A stretch of 64,000 nucleotides of DNA from Mytilus californianus (lineage: Eukaryota), in assembly GCF_021869535.1 (NCBI RefSeq), contig NW_026262734.1, positions 87,420,001 through 87,484,000 on the forward strand. Direction: 5' to 3'. The translations under genes were made by a program, and so were the position numbers. Shown here one piece after another: positions 27,034 through 39,795 of this stretch (position 1 is its first letter; every line of letters starts with the position of its first letter). A model generated the notes under the pieces. It did no database searches. It had not been told where the DNA came from and worked only from the letters and a program-made list of their open reading frames with translations.

Positions 27034-28444
27034 ATGCAATTTATAACGTGTTGTTTTCATCTTTTATGAATGTTTATTTTGGAAATGCATATGTTGGCCT
27101 GGTAACATCTGAAAAAAATATCAACCAAAGGCAGGATGATAATAAATAGTTTGCCCTGCAAAATGCAATACATTATTGTGTAAAAAAAGTTATAAATGAA
27201 TAAGCCAGCATAGAAAAAGCTAGGTGGTTGTCCCTCCGCTCTCCCCAATATCAAATGGCCTCCCTTACTATACAGTAAACATGTTGTTATAAAGCTACAC
27301 TTTATTAATTCATAAGTAGATAAGAAATGTACTTCTAATTTATAATACCACACTACTAAGATAATGAGAAGATAGTAACGAGCTTTATCTTGACCCGTCC
27401 TTGCATTTTCCCATAACCGGTCTACAACCACGTGGAACTATAGTAGAACAGGTAACGCAGTCTGTTTCTTTCTTAATTTTACATTACTCAATTTAGATTT
27501 AATTGCATTCTTTACTTGAAACAATTTTAAAAGTGCGTAGTTGCAATATTCATTGTGACAACTTCTTTACTATTCATAATATATATATTTAGTAAAAACT
27601 ATCAGTAAAGATAGCGAGAAAGTAAAGTGACATTTGTTACACAAGACAATGCACACATTGCTTTCCTCATTGTTTCCATTCACTTCCGTATTTAGTAAAT
27701 TTAATTCTTCAATCGTTTGTTAATCATTTTTTTTTTTTTTATATTGAATCTTGCATTACCGGTGAAAAATCTATACCACAAGCGTTTTTTCGTCTGGTTA
27801 CTTTTTATGCATTTGATTTATGCTCTAAACTACTGGTGGCTAAATACATGTATGCTGGCATAAATATAACTGCCCTCCATATATATATATATATATATAT
27901 ACATACATAATGGTACCTGTAGGCTGACTAGCTATATATACATGTAGCATACTATCATAATTGGTTTTAATAAAGTGTTCGTATTCGTATCTTAGCGAAA
28001 CATTATTTATTTGAAAAAATCAATATGAAATAACCTTATAAGTATAATAGTTTTGTAATTTACACATGTTCTTTACAAAAAAATAGAATATTTGCATTGA
28101 ACAAATTGAGGGCCCATTAGTTACAAAACATAACAGTACAGCAGAAAGTAGTTATGATAAAAAGAATGGAATATGGTATGCTAATTCAAACTGGATTTAT
28201 AAAGGCTATATCACATTGGATAATATCTTCGTATTGCATTCGTAAATATCAATTTATCAAGCGCCTGGAAAAAAAACCTCTTCTGCACTTTTGGTGCTAT
28301 TTCAAGAGCCTTAATTTGACACAATCTCTCATACATGTATATGGATAAATTTACAAAACGCGAATTTCTCTAAGACTTGGAAAATGGATCGAGTTGAGAC
28401 AAGTGGTATAGCATTATGCATTACATACTAGAACTATAAGCAAG

Positions 28445-28788
28445 GTTGACTAGATTAGGGGGAGGGTTTAGCGCCAAAAAACTAATTCAAACCCGCTGCA
28501 TTTGTTTGCACCTGTCAGGAACCTGATGTTCAGTGGTTGTCGTTTGTTGATGTGGTTCATAAGTGTTTCTCGTTTCTCGTTTTTATATAGATTAGACCGT
28601 TGGTTTTCCTGTTTGAATGGTTTTACACTTATAGTCATTTTTGGGGCCCTTTATAGCTTGCTGTTCGGTGTGAGCCAAGGCTCTGTGTTGAAGGCCGTAC
28701 TTTGACCTATACTGGTTTACTTTTAGAAACTGTGACTTGGATGGAAAGTTGTCTCATTGGCACTCATACTACATCTTCTTATATTTAT
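28445..28788 (+). repeat. Copy of the abundant tail repeat
   Basis: CAGGAACCTGATGTTCAGTGGTTGTCG..CTCATTGGCACTCATACTACATCTTCTT. Confidence 0.7.
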
Positions 28789-29674
28789 AAGCTGTAAAAG
28801 GCACTTAGTGATGCCTCGAGTCTAGCCAGTGGTCAAATTATATATAGAACAGCAAACTTGTGTTTTATCAGTAGTTCTTAATATGAATCAGTCAATATAA
28901 ATGTCATGCAATGTTAAACAAAAGTAGTTAACATAAATAAACAAGCCTAAACATACTTTGAAACTTTGTTATTTTACTAACTTTCATGAAATGGATAATG
29001 GTTCGTCCCATGACTGCTTATTCATGGAAGAAAATCTACTCGAAAGTAAAAAAAAATAATAGGCTGGAGATCAGGGAGTTTTCTCCATTTACAGAACATA
29101 ATCTGAAAACAGTTTAGAGTAGAAATCATATGTGTAGCTTTTGATATAACTTTGCTTTCTGAACAACATATCAAAACTCACTATTTGAGTATATAAATCA
29201 CCTTCTGCGTGATTATAGGACGGGTGCTACCTAATAATACGTGTATAGTTCATAATTTAAAATACAGGAAGGAGGACAGTGATATAACTAAATATGAATA
29301 ATAAGAAACGTTGAGTGTATACGTAAATGAGACAGCAACCCAAGGACACAAACAATCAAAAGATATCTAGAAACCAATATAGTCCACCTTGTGCTCAATC
29401 TAGAAAATTCGCAAAATTTGATCGCTACCAAAGGAAGGTACGAAGCCACAGATGGTTGAATACTGCCACTCATAATTAACTAGTAACCACTTTGTATACA
29501 TGAACCAGTTTATCAGATTCACTTAGATCAATAATATTGATACGGGAATACTTAATTTTGAAACATATACTATGTAAAACTTTTGTGCAGTTTGGAATTC
29601 TAACGTATAAACGTTGACGAAAAGAAATTACATGAACAAATTTTGAAATCATATATGTCATGATCAGAATTTTT

Positions 29675-29722
29675 GAACGCCAGACTCGGCTTTCGTCTAG
29701 GAAAGACTCATCAGTGACACTC
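29675..29722 (-). ncRNA. Type I minimal hammerhead-ribozyme motif with intact catalytic core
   Basis: Minus strand reads GAGTGTCA-CTGATGA-GTC TTTCCTA GAC-GAAA-GCCGA-GTC-TGGCGTTC. Stem I is 8 bp and stem II is 3 bp; stem III carries a G.G mismatch. Confidence 0.65.
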
Positions 29723-31580
29723 AAAATCAAAACAGTTAAAAAGGCCAAATAAAGTACGAAGTTGAAAAGTTGTAAGTGTAAAAATAGACCAATGATCGGC
29801 CAAAGGGAGATAACTACAATAAATTTAGAAAAAAACTACCGAATCGTATTTCCTATTTTTGATAATAAAAACGTAACGTGGAATACCATATGTTTTAAAT
29901 TTAGCTGTAATTTTCAGCTGAACAATGGTACAAAAAGGGCACAAAAAGAAGGAAGGAGGAAAAGATCTGGGCAAACTGATACACGAACATGATGCCAAGT
30001 TGAAGGTAATTATGGCATTAATTGGTGCTTTGCAGCTTAATTGTTTCTTTGCCATGGTGCTAGAATCTTAACCCCGAATGCTTCGATTGTTGGACGCGTC
30101 AAAGACATCAAAACTATAATGTGTAGAATCTCAACTAAGCACCGAGCATTTAGGAGTCGGATCAAAGACGGGTAAACTCGGAAGTCGGAATAATATGTCC
30201 AATTTAAACGTGTCTTCCTGGCCTTGAAGTTGTAGCAGCTGGCCTGCATGTGGGCTGACACGTGGTTAGAATCCAGTTCTGCACGTCTAGCATCTGTGCA
30301 CGGACGATACTACTTACATCGAGTGCGAATAAATGACAATGGCATGTTCAAGGAGGAAATTATAAACTTCAGATCAAAAAGTAGATATAGCACACCAAAT
30401 GTATGGAAAGCCAGAAAAAAAAATAAATAAAAATATTTAAACAATAACAATGACAGCAATGCAGGTTTCATATTGATCTTATATACTAGTATCTCGCCAT
30501 AATCTGATAATATGATTGAAAGATTGCAATCTTAAATTAACGATGTCATACACGATTATATAGAAACATGTTTGATAGGTAGTGCAATATTTTGTCAAAC
30601 TGTTTTCAGACTGAGCATTTGTGTCTATTAAGAAAAGGTTTTCTGTACGTTTTTCTTAAACCAAGAAAAAGTTTTCAAGGTAAAGCCTACACTATATGAG
30701 ATTTGTTGTCAAATTTCCATTTCTTTGGAACTGAATGCCTGTACCAAGTCAGGAATATGGCAGTTATTTTTCACTTGTTCCGTTAATTGATAGCCGGCGT
30801 TGATAGCATTTCATTTTGTCAGTTTTTATAGACTTCCCCATTTTGAATTTGCCTTGGATTTTGGTATTTTTGTTATACTTTTTTCCATGTTATACCGAAA
30901 TACAGGTCTGTAATAATTTGTTTTTTAAGGTTGTGAAACTAACAACCCGCAATGGATTATACCAATTTTTTTTCTATTCCATTATTTTTCTTCTTCTTCT
31001 TCTTCTTCTTCTTCTTAAATTTCTAATAAACGCAATATCAAGTACTGAGTCTCCCTGAATTAAAAAAAAGTGTTTGGTAACTATTGTAAAAAAGTGTATA
31101 TTTATACACTCTCAATTTTGAAGTTGTAGTCTATTCTGTTACTTTCTGCATATAGTACATGTAACAGGATAGACAAATTTCTATATTGAATGCTGTTGTG
31201 TTATAACTACTCCTTTTTGTGAAGTGATAACTTTATCTTTTATTGACGTGAGTTTCAAAAACGTAATTGCACTTTTTACAAAGATACTTTTTTTTTACTA
31301 CCATTAATACATTTATTAATTCCAAAAACATAAACAAAATAATTTGAAATGTTTATAGAACACTGATTCTGTATGAATAATCGGCAAACATCGGCATATT
31401 CCGCTGAAAAAGAGCGTTGGATATGTCGAAATTACGCTAAACACGAAATTGTATATATTTTGAAATAGCCAAAATAGATGTAAATCATATATTTTATTGG
31501 CGGAAAAACTCATAGATTCTACAAATCTTCATTTGAGCTTCATTTGGTACATTACTGAAAATTCGAAATTTGTTATAAAT

Positions 31581-31727
31581 AAGGGTCTGGATAGGAGGTC
31601 CTTTAATTCTGTATTCTATAATTTTTTAGGTCATTTTTCTCTGTTCTTTGTATCTTTTTCCCATTATTCTCTATTCTTTATTTTATTGCTCAGTATTTTA
31701 TATTCTGTAAACCCCATCTAGACCCTC
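31581..31727. mobile_element. MITE of the GAGGGTCTGGATGG family, 6-bp TSD
   Basis: TSD ATAAAT on both sides, with degenerate TIRs. Confidence 0.7.
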
Positions 31728-32096
31728 ATAAATGACCAGTTAAGCAAAACAAGAACAAGTTACCAATCTAATTAATGCATTACACACACTTGGGGTATAC
31801 CAGAAGTTTTTAGAAGCAATTGACAGGCAAAAAAGGGAGGAAGAAAAAAGTAAATTCAGAATGCATTAATTGACTTGTTTTACAAAGAAAACCACATATT
31901 ATTAAATGAAAATTGAATTTATTTTGATGCCAAGGTTTGAATTTTCGTGACACATATTTTGGTAATAGACTAAATTGATAGATATTTGTAAAAAAAAAAA
32001 TTTCTGAAAAAGATTTCGGCCTTCAATAAACAACTAAACTCTTTCCAACTGACAGATCTTCCATGTAGCCACACCAACAATGAAATAGACGAACCG

Positions 32097-32682
32097 GAGT
32101 CTCTGTAGACATACATTATCGTTTTGTAAGACTGAGTGATAATGATATGGAATATTTTGAAGCGAGTCTCGATAAACATACATTATGGTTTTTTTGTAGA
32201 GCTCATTGATATGGAATATTTTGAAGCGAGTCTCGATAAACGTACATTATCGTTTTTTTTTGTAGGTCTCATTGATATGGAATATTTTGAAACGAGTCTC
32301 GATAAACATACATTATCGTTTTTTGTAGGGCTCAGTGAGATGGAATATTTTGAAGCGAGTCTCGATAAACGTACATTATCGTTTTTTTGTAGGGCTCATT
32401 GATATGGAATATTTTGAAGCGAGTCTCGATAAACGTACATTATCGTTTTTCTAGGGCTCAGTGATATGGAATATTTTGAAGCGAGTCTCGATAAAACACA
32501 TTATCGTTTTTTTTGTAGGGCTAATTGATATTTAATATTTAATATTTTGAAGCGAGTCTCGATAAACGTACATTATCGTTTTTTGTAGGGCTCAGTGATA
32601 TGTAATATTTTGAAGCGAGTCTCGATAAACATACATTATCGTTTATTTTTGTAGGGCTCATTGCTATGGAATATTTTGAAGC
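32097..32682 (+). repeat. VNTR, 9 units of 62-71 bp, derived from the 5'UTR and first codons of the AADAC-like gene
   Basis: Unit GAGTCTCGATAAAC(A/G)TACATTATCG(T)nGTAGGGCTCA(T/G)TGATATGGAATATTTTGAAGC. Unit ends lie at 32163, 32227, 32293, 32356, 32420, 32482, 32553, 32616 and 32682. Confidence 0.92.
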
Positions 32683-32819
32683 AATCTGTTTTTGCAATTA
32701 TAGTGGGTATATTGGCACTGTGTTTGTTTAACTATATGGATACACAGGTACCAGAAGGAGTTACGGAAGTATGGAGCGCCAGAATACTAGATACATCACT
32801 CAGAACAATGGGCAAAGTG
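32661..32819 (+). CDS. AADAC/NCEH1-like carboxylesterase, exon 1 (signal anchor); start codon uncertain
   Basis: Open frame LLWNILKQSVFAIIVGILALCLFNYMDTQVPEGVTEVWSARILDTSLRTMGKV with a phase-0 donor GTG|GTAAAA. This is a typical hydrophobic anchor plus xPxG..W..R.LD N-terminus. The in-frame codon at 32661 is TTG, not ATG. Confidence 0.7.
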
Positions 32820-35800
32820 GTAAAATAATCTTTATGTTTACATGATACATAATCATCCGACACTGTCCTCTACACTATTACACCTTTATGTTTTAATGAG
32901 ACCTCGATCATGTCGATGGCGCATGTTCAATTGTGAACACAATGAATGGCGTAGGAGTAGTGGAGAGAAAAAAAGGGGGGGGGGGGGGGGTGCGCAAACT
33001 TCTGAAAGTGACAAGCAAAAAAGAAAGAAGAAAAAAGAAAAAAACTTTTATAGTCTAATAGATAGTCAGAGTCCTCTATCATTTTCATTTTATATTTGAC
33101 CCCTAACCCACCACTCACCGCCCCTCGCGGCTCCTACGCCCCTGACAATCCAAAACGGACACACAATGATCTTAAGTCTACCTTTATATATACATTGAGG
33201 TTCGTCATAGGGTTTTCTCGTTTTCAACTACTTATTTACCAAAGCTCTTTCTTTTTTATTACCTAATTACATTATTATATATATATATATCAAGGCAGTA
33301 TATCAACCATGCACGGTAGGTCTTTTCACCACCGCACACCGCCGAACACATTAAAATACCATCTAACACACCTAAATATATTGTTTTCATCTTTATTTAT
33401 ATATTTTACTTACCTTCTGAACGAGGATGAATATGTTTATACATAGTTACATAAATTAATAAGAAATGATAACAAGAGAACCAAAAAGGACAGTCTTGCA
33501 GGGCTGTTGTCAGAACAGTACACTTCAGTCAAGTCTAACATTTTTTTAAATATAATTTATTGTGATAATTTCACATTAAATAAAATGTTTCAACTTATTT
33601 GAACGATTTCATGAATTTATTTCTAATAATTGAAAAGTAAAGACCATAAGATAATATATAATGAAATACAGAAAATGTAAATCCGGAAAAAATATTGCTG
33701 GATCCGGAAGCGTTTTTTAAAATTTTGATTCTCAACTTTAACATCAGTAATGCACATAAAAATGTGAAAACATGAGAATAGGATTAAATTTTACGTAATT
33801 TAATCGAATTAATTGTTTTATTGTGTAACATTACTGTTTTTCTTAAGGGTTAGTGGTCTTTTTGGGTGTGCGGTGGTGTTCGGTGGTGAAAAGACCAACC
33901 CCTTCCAACATAGCCCACAATTAAGTTGTGTGAAAGTAAAATGCATATAGTTTTGTTGTAAAAATGCATGACAAGAAATGATGCATAATTTATTCTGCAG
34001 TCCTGAGCGTGTAAATTTTAATAAAGAATTAAAAAAAAGATTTAAGTTAAAAATTGTTTTTCTATTAGTGAGTTATCTCCTCAGGAATTACTGTTTTTCT
34101 CTGCATTATATAGACCTGTTTGCATATCGTCCTGAACATGCATAAAATATTTGCCACTGGACGCAACAATCAATCATGCATATGTTTGCATATATATATG
34201 GAACACTATACTTTTTGGCTTTTTGGCACTTATCAAACCAGCTTTTTAAATACATGTGTAATACGTGGTCAATTTGGTGTGTTCTTCCAAACCAATAACC
34301 ATCCTCCGACTGATTCTTAACAGTAACAATTTAATATGGTTGTTAATGGGTTGTTAAAGCCTGAATTAAGATTTTTGGTACTAGGAAAATTGATTTTTAA
34401 TTTTTGTTTTACCTGCCTTATCCATAAATTTTTATGCTTTCTTGCTTTTTCGAATTTTGTAACAAGCTTTGTCAAAATTAATGAAATGCCATTTTCTCTC
34501 TCTTTGATGTGGTTTCACCGTCTGCAGTACTTACTACTATTCACGCTACTCCCTATAATCCTTTTTATATAGTGTTCAATATTTCAGTGGAGAGTAAAAT
34601 AATAATTTAGAATGTAAATTATTTTGAAAAGGGGGGTGGGGGGCGTGATTCCATAAAATTTATTAGATACTTCGAGCTCGAGCGGGGAGAGACTAAAAAA
34701 ATTAGAACAACTTTATGCTTCAAAATCATTTAAATCGTGGTAGTTTATTATTTTTTTTTGCAATCAAAAGGGGGGGGGGGGTGGATCGCCCTATTCTGGG
34801 TCCGCCACTGGTGTATGTCGCCAAAAGGTGATTCCTGCAATTGTATGAAAACTAGCAAGTTACCTTATTTTTGACAATACAGTTTATAATAGTTTATCCT
34901 CAGTGTTAAAAAAATATTTATAGAAAATATATGTACAATCTATGACAGGTGTGACTGCAAATAAAAATCATGAGTAGCAGCTATTTTCCCCGGAAAACGG
35001 ATTTTTTTGGACGATTTTAAAAATTCATATAAATCGTGAAAAACTTGATTTTAAAATTTATGTTTGGCGATCAAAAAGGTGGTGGGGCGTTCACCCTCTA
35101 AGTTCTATCCTGGATCCACCAATACCCCTCGTCTTCATTTTCTTAACATGGTACAGTAACTCTGATATGATTATTTTAATTCTTTATTTTATTCGAATTT
35201 TGTAACAAGCTTTGTGAAATTAAAATTAATGAAATTCCATTCTCTCTCTGTCTCTCTTTTTCTTTGGTGTGGTCGCAACGTCTGTTTTACTGTCTACTAT
35301 TTTTGCTAATCCCTGTTGTTCTTTTTTGATAAACTAAGTGCTCAATATATTTCAGTAGAGAGTTAAATAGGAATTTGGCATGTATGTTGCAACATAGTGA
35401 TTCCTGTAACTATTCTAAAGCTAGAATGATACCTTAGTCTTGACCATACAATTTATAGGGAGTTTACCCTCATTCTTTGAACAATATTTATTGACAACCA
35501 TTATTATGTACCATCTTTAACAGGTGTGACTGCACATACAAATCATGTGAAACAGCTATTTTTTTATTTCTCAAAATAATCTGTAAGACATTACTTTTTG
35601 CCTCTATCCATAGTTCTCTCTTTCAGATGACAGTCAGTGCACTTCCTCTCCATTCACTAAACCCGGTACACTCACTCTGCAAAACCAAATCATTGTGCCA
35701 CGACTTTACTTGAAAAACTAGTCCAAAGCCTATTACAACTAATACATTAATCATGGTCTCCCAGACTAAAGTATGTTGGTTCATTAAAGTTTCTGTGTGT

Positions 35801-35883
35801 CTACAAACAAATTGAACGAATTAATGAATGAATGAAACGGAATTATTTAATCAAATGCTAGTATTTCATCGTTGTACATATAC

Positions 35884-35992
35884 GTTATATAGATACAATG
35901 GATAAGCGTGGATTCTTGAAAAAGAAACCATGAGCCCGGAGGGCGAATGGTTTGTTTTTCATGAATCTACGCTTATCCATTGTATCTATAAC
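35884..35992. repeat. Fold-back element in AADAC-like intron 1
   Basis: ~47-nt arms TAGATACAATGGATAAGCGTGGATTC../..GAATCTACGCTTATCCATTGTATCTA surround a GAGCCCGGAGGGCGA loop. Confidence 0.8.
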
Positions 35993-36595
35993 TTAAACTA
36001 TTGTGTTAATTTCTTTTCAAAATTAAAGCCTTTACTTAATTAGAAGGTATTGTAAGTGAGTTTAAATAACCATGTCATCGTGTCCAACGATGCATTGATA
36101 AATCTCAGATCACAATTAATTCGTTAACAAAATACAAATATAACACTTCTACCTTTAAAGATCTTTATATTACCAGGCATATGAATATTATCTGTTTATT
36201 AAAAATAAGACATATTCGAAATTATTTCAAATAAAATTGAAAATGGAAATGGGGAACGTGTCAAAGAGACAACAACCCGACCAAAAAGCATATATAAAGT
36301 ATATATAATAAGTATGTTATCGAAATTTTTCTAGCACTCTAGGCACATCACGATTTTCTCGCATAGGAATTTGCGAACAAACCTTTGTAAAATTATGTAG
36401 TAAAACAGATGAAATCATATTATATTTATAAAACAAAAATTGACAAATAGAATGTAATCATTTTTGTTTCAAACATGTGAAATAGCCAATAATAATAAAA
36501 AAACACAATAAAACTCGCCATTATTACAAAAATATACACTATAACATGCAAAATTAGAAAAAAACAGGATAACTTAAGAATTGGAACAACAGAGA

Positions 36596-36872
36596 GAATA
36601 CAGGGATTCGAACCTAAACCGACAAAACCCTATCTTTAACTCATTGATGTTAACCATGCTAACCTCGCGGCTACCAACTCATACTATACGACTGCCTATT
36701 GTGTCTATATAAAGGTACAAGCCCTGTGTGTCCGATGAACCGATGTAAATCAGATGTTCATTTAAATATATAAAATAGACATCTATAGTGTAACCCATTG
36801 GTAGCCGAGAGGTTTCGTCGATGTGTTGATGTCAGTGACACATAAGAGATTTCAAGGAAGGGTTCGATTCCC
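36596..36872. other. Two divergent tRNA-like (Pol III A/B-box) heads
   Basis: Minus 36676-36596: TTGGTAGCCGCGAGGTT..GGTTCGAATCC. Plus 36798-36872: TTGGTAGCCGAGAGGTT..GGTTCGATTCC. Confidence 0.55.
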
Positions 36873-37167
36873 AGTGAAGGCATATAAAAATTACAAAAAT
36901 TAAAGGTAAGTTTTTAAATTATTTCCATTAGTGAACAGAAATCAGTAAATTAGCCAATTCAAACTTAATGAAATTAGGCACACAAAGGAAACAATTGAAT
37001 ATAATTTGGTGAGTCAATTTCAGCGGCAGATTTAGGAAGCGTTGATTCTAGAAAAAGAATCCACGGTAAATGAATAGGCTGACGTCACCACAATGGTTTA
37101 AACACATAGATCCTCTACTTGAATGATTTTGGTATTTCATCGTTGTACATATACACATTTTTTTTAG

Positions 37168-37296
37168 ATCCTCTACTTGAATAATTTTGGCGTACACGGA
37201 GGTGTGTGCAGATTTACAAGAAAAGGGGTTGATATGATGCTAACAACACTGATCACCGGAAGTCCATTTGGTTTGGGTTCAGATCCAGAACTAAAG
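37168..37296 (+). CDS. AADAC/NCEH1-like, exon 2
   Basis: TTTTTTTTAG|ATC..AAG|GTATAG, 129 nt, phase 0/0, encoding ILYLNNFGVHGGVCRFTRKGVDMMLTTLITGSPFGLGSDPELK. Confidence 0.75.
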
Positions 37297-39795
37297 GTAT
37301 AGATATATGTTATTGTATTCATATATAAGCATACGTGACAAATTATTTAAAGAGTGTACATTTTTACAAGAAATCAAAATCCGAAGTGGTAAATAATTTA
37401 AATGCCAGTAAGATTAAATAATTCAGTTAATATTTTATTACATTCAATGTCCAATGTACTGTTTCTGCTACTTCTTTATTACGGAGTATTCATGGTTTCG
37501 TGTACCTAGCACTCGCATAGACTAAAAGGGGGTAGAGGGGGTCAAATTCAGACTAAGTAAAATTGATATTTACTGCTTTATTTAGTGCACATCAAAATGA
37601 AGTAAGGGCAAATACTGATCGGCTTGTAAAGTATCAGGCTAAGATGATACGTCGTTTAATGGACTGCGATGCATGTAATCTTGTCGTTAAATAATAGACT
37701 TATCATATATGTCTAGTACAACGCATGGTATCTTCATACCACATAAACTTGCAATGCGATCGTCCCAAATATCATTATAATCTCTGCTGCTGGACGTCAA
37801 GCAATCGATTGATTTTATTTTCTTTTTAATATAAGCGTTTGTGATATCTTATAAGTAAAAATACAACCAACATTAGTACCAGTGTTTACTAAATGAAAGT
37901 ACAGTAAATTCAGTACTAAGAGCGTGTATTTATGATTGCGATTTGTGAAAAATTCAATACGATGCTAAAAACTGTAACTTTGTATTTTTAATGTGTGTGT
38001 GGCAAAATCTCCAATAATAGATAATCTTATTAATAACGTTAGATTGTTTTTTTTTTCTGTATTTGAATGAAATGAAATATTAAAATGTAAAAGTACAAAC
38101 AAATTAACCGATTGAGGGTCTGACGGCGGGCAACTCTTACATACAGTACTTGTAACTTACCATTGTCTCTTTGTGTTTCCCTGACTACAACACAAGTATG
38201 CTTGTAAAACATAAAAAAATCCTAATTGTTGACGAAGGGCTATGGAAGCAACAAACCATTTTACTCACGTGCCAAATTCGTATTCACATAATAAACACAA
38301 AGAGCTTGTGAATTCTCTTGCAGATTTCCTAAAGACTATTTATGCCAATATTTTGATTTTTGCAATTGGTGGAGACAAAAGTGCTTTCTACGTTATGGCA
38401 CAGGATTACATGTTGAAAAGTAAAATTGCACATAGCAATATGAATGCTTCAACTATATATTTTACATGCATTTCAATTAGCTTATATGCTCTTTTCTTTT
38501 TTCCCTCACGGATATAAATTAAATTAAATTATAATACTATTTAACATGTTTAATTTATAATGCTTTCTTTAAGATAAAATGCTTCCAAGTGGTATTGCAT
38601 ATTAGAATAAGTATTGTTCTTATTTCTGAACCTGTTTTTAATATGATATTAAAACACAATAATTATTTTAAAAATATTGTTTTTTCTTTGACTGCACGGA
38701 TATTCTCTACACAGATACATAAGATATCAACCTATCCCAAGTTTTATAAAGATTAAGATGTTGCCTGCAATGCATATTTTAGTAGATGCCTTATATGTTT
38801 TCTAATACTATTCAAGCCTGCTGACTTTTGAAGAGTTATCTCAGTTTTAATGTTTTATAACCTTTGAACAAAAAAAAAAACCAAAAATGACGTATGACAT
38901 CATTTACCGTTAAACGTTTTTATTGCTATTATTCATATTTCTTAACCCACGATTTTTTTTTGGGGGGGGGGGGGCATCCTCCTACCCTTTTAATCCGCCC
39001 TTGTGACAAACCATTTTGTCGAATATTGGAACGTGCCTTCGTATTTTCTTCAAGTGTACTCAGTATTAATTTATCAGTTTTATGAACTCCACAAATGATT
39101 TGTTTCCACGGATAGAAAATGAACTAATCAATGAAAGAATGAATATATATATATATATATATATACAAGTCTAAATTGAAAACAACGTTCAAACCTATGA
39201 TTGCGTTGGATAAAAACCGCAATTTTTATACGTGTGCATGCAAAACAAATTTCTTGTTAGAGGGGTCTAAATACAGCACAAACAACATTTTCCAAAAGAC
39301 CAAAAAAGTGAAAAAGTATATTTTAACAAAACGCATTTGACTAACAGGTCGAACAACAAATGTTCTTAAATCCTGCTGACTGCCATTGGCGATTGCCAAA
39401 TAAACGGATCACAAGGTGTAATAAATGGATCTTATTTATAAATTAATACCAAACAGAAAAGAATAAACTTGCGGCAAAGATGGTATACCGCAAACAAAGG
39501 TGCAAAGATTTTTTGTACACCATATCCGGATTTCGACAATTAATGTCTCTTCAGTGATGTTAGGAATCGAAACGGTTATTGGAAGGCCACATAATTTACC
39601 TCAATTTAGTATAGACTCTGGAATTTTGAGGAGTCAAAATAGGATGAACGGATCATATAAACCCGAAGGCAAATATAATACAAGCCCATATATATATAGA
39701 CAAATCTTAGATAAGAAAATTTAATAGTAAAAAAATAACCGTGATTTACTCAAATAAAACAGTTATTACTGCATACATTTGTGTATCTACTGTAG

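Noticed and set aside
29930-30420. GC-richer island with several short overlapping ORFs
   Set aside because: No recognisable domain or consistent splice structure in any frame. It may be a decayed TE or gene fragment and needs BLASTx.
32097-32682. CRISPR-like appearance of the regular arrays (also 41921-42178)
   Set aside because: There are no unique spacers, the context is eukaryotic and intron-containing, and no cas genes are present. They are plain tandem repeats.
35623-35754. 43-aa minus-strand ORF with a hydrophobic N-terminus (MINVLVVIGFGLVFQVKS..); also a possible 144-nt plus-strand cassette exon at 35627-35770
   Set aside because: It is short, with no paralog, promoter or motif support. 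The plus-strand version contains an in-frame stop, and chance occurrence is plausible.
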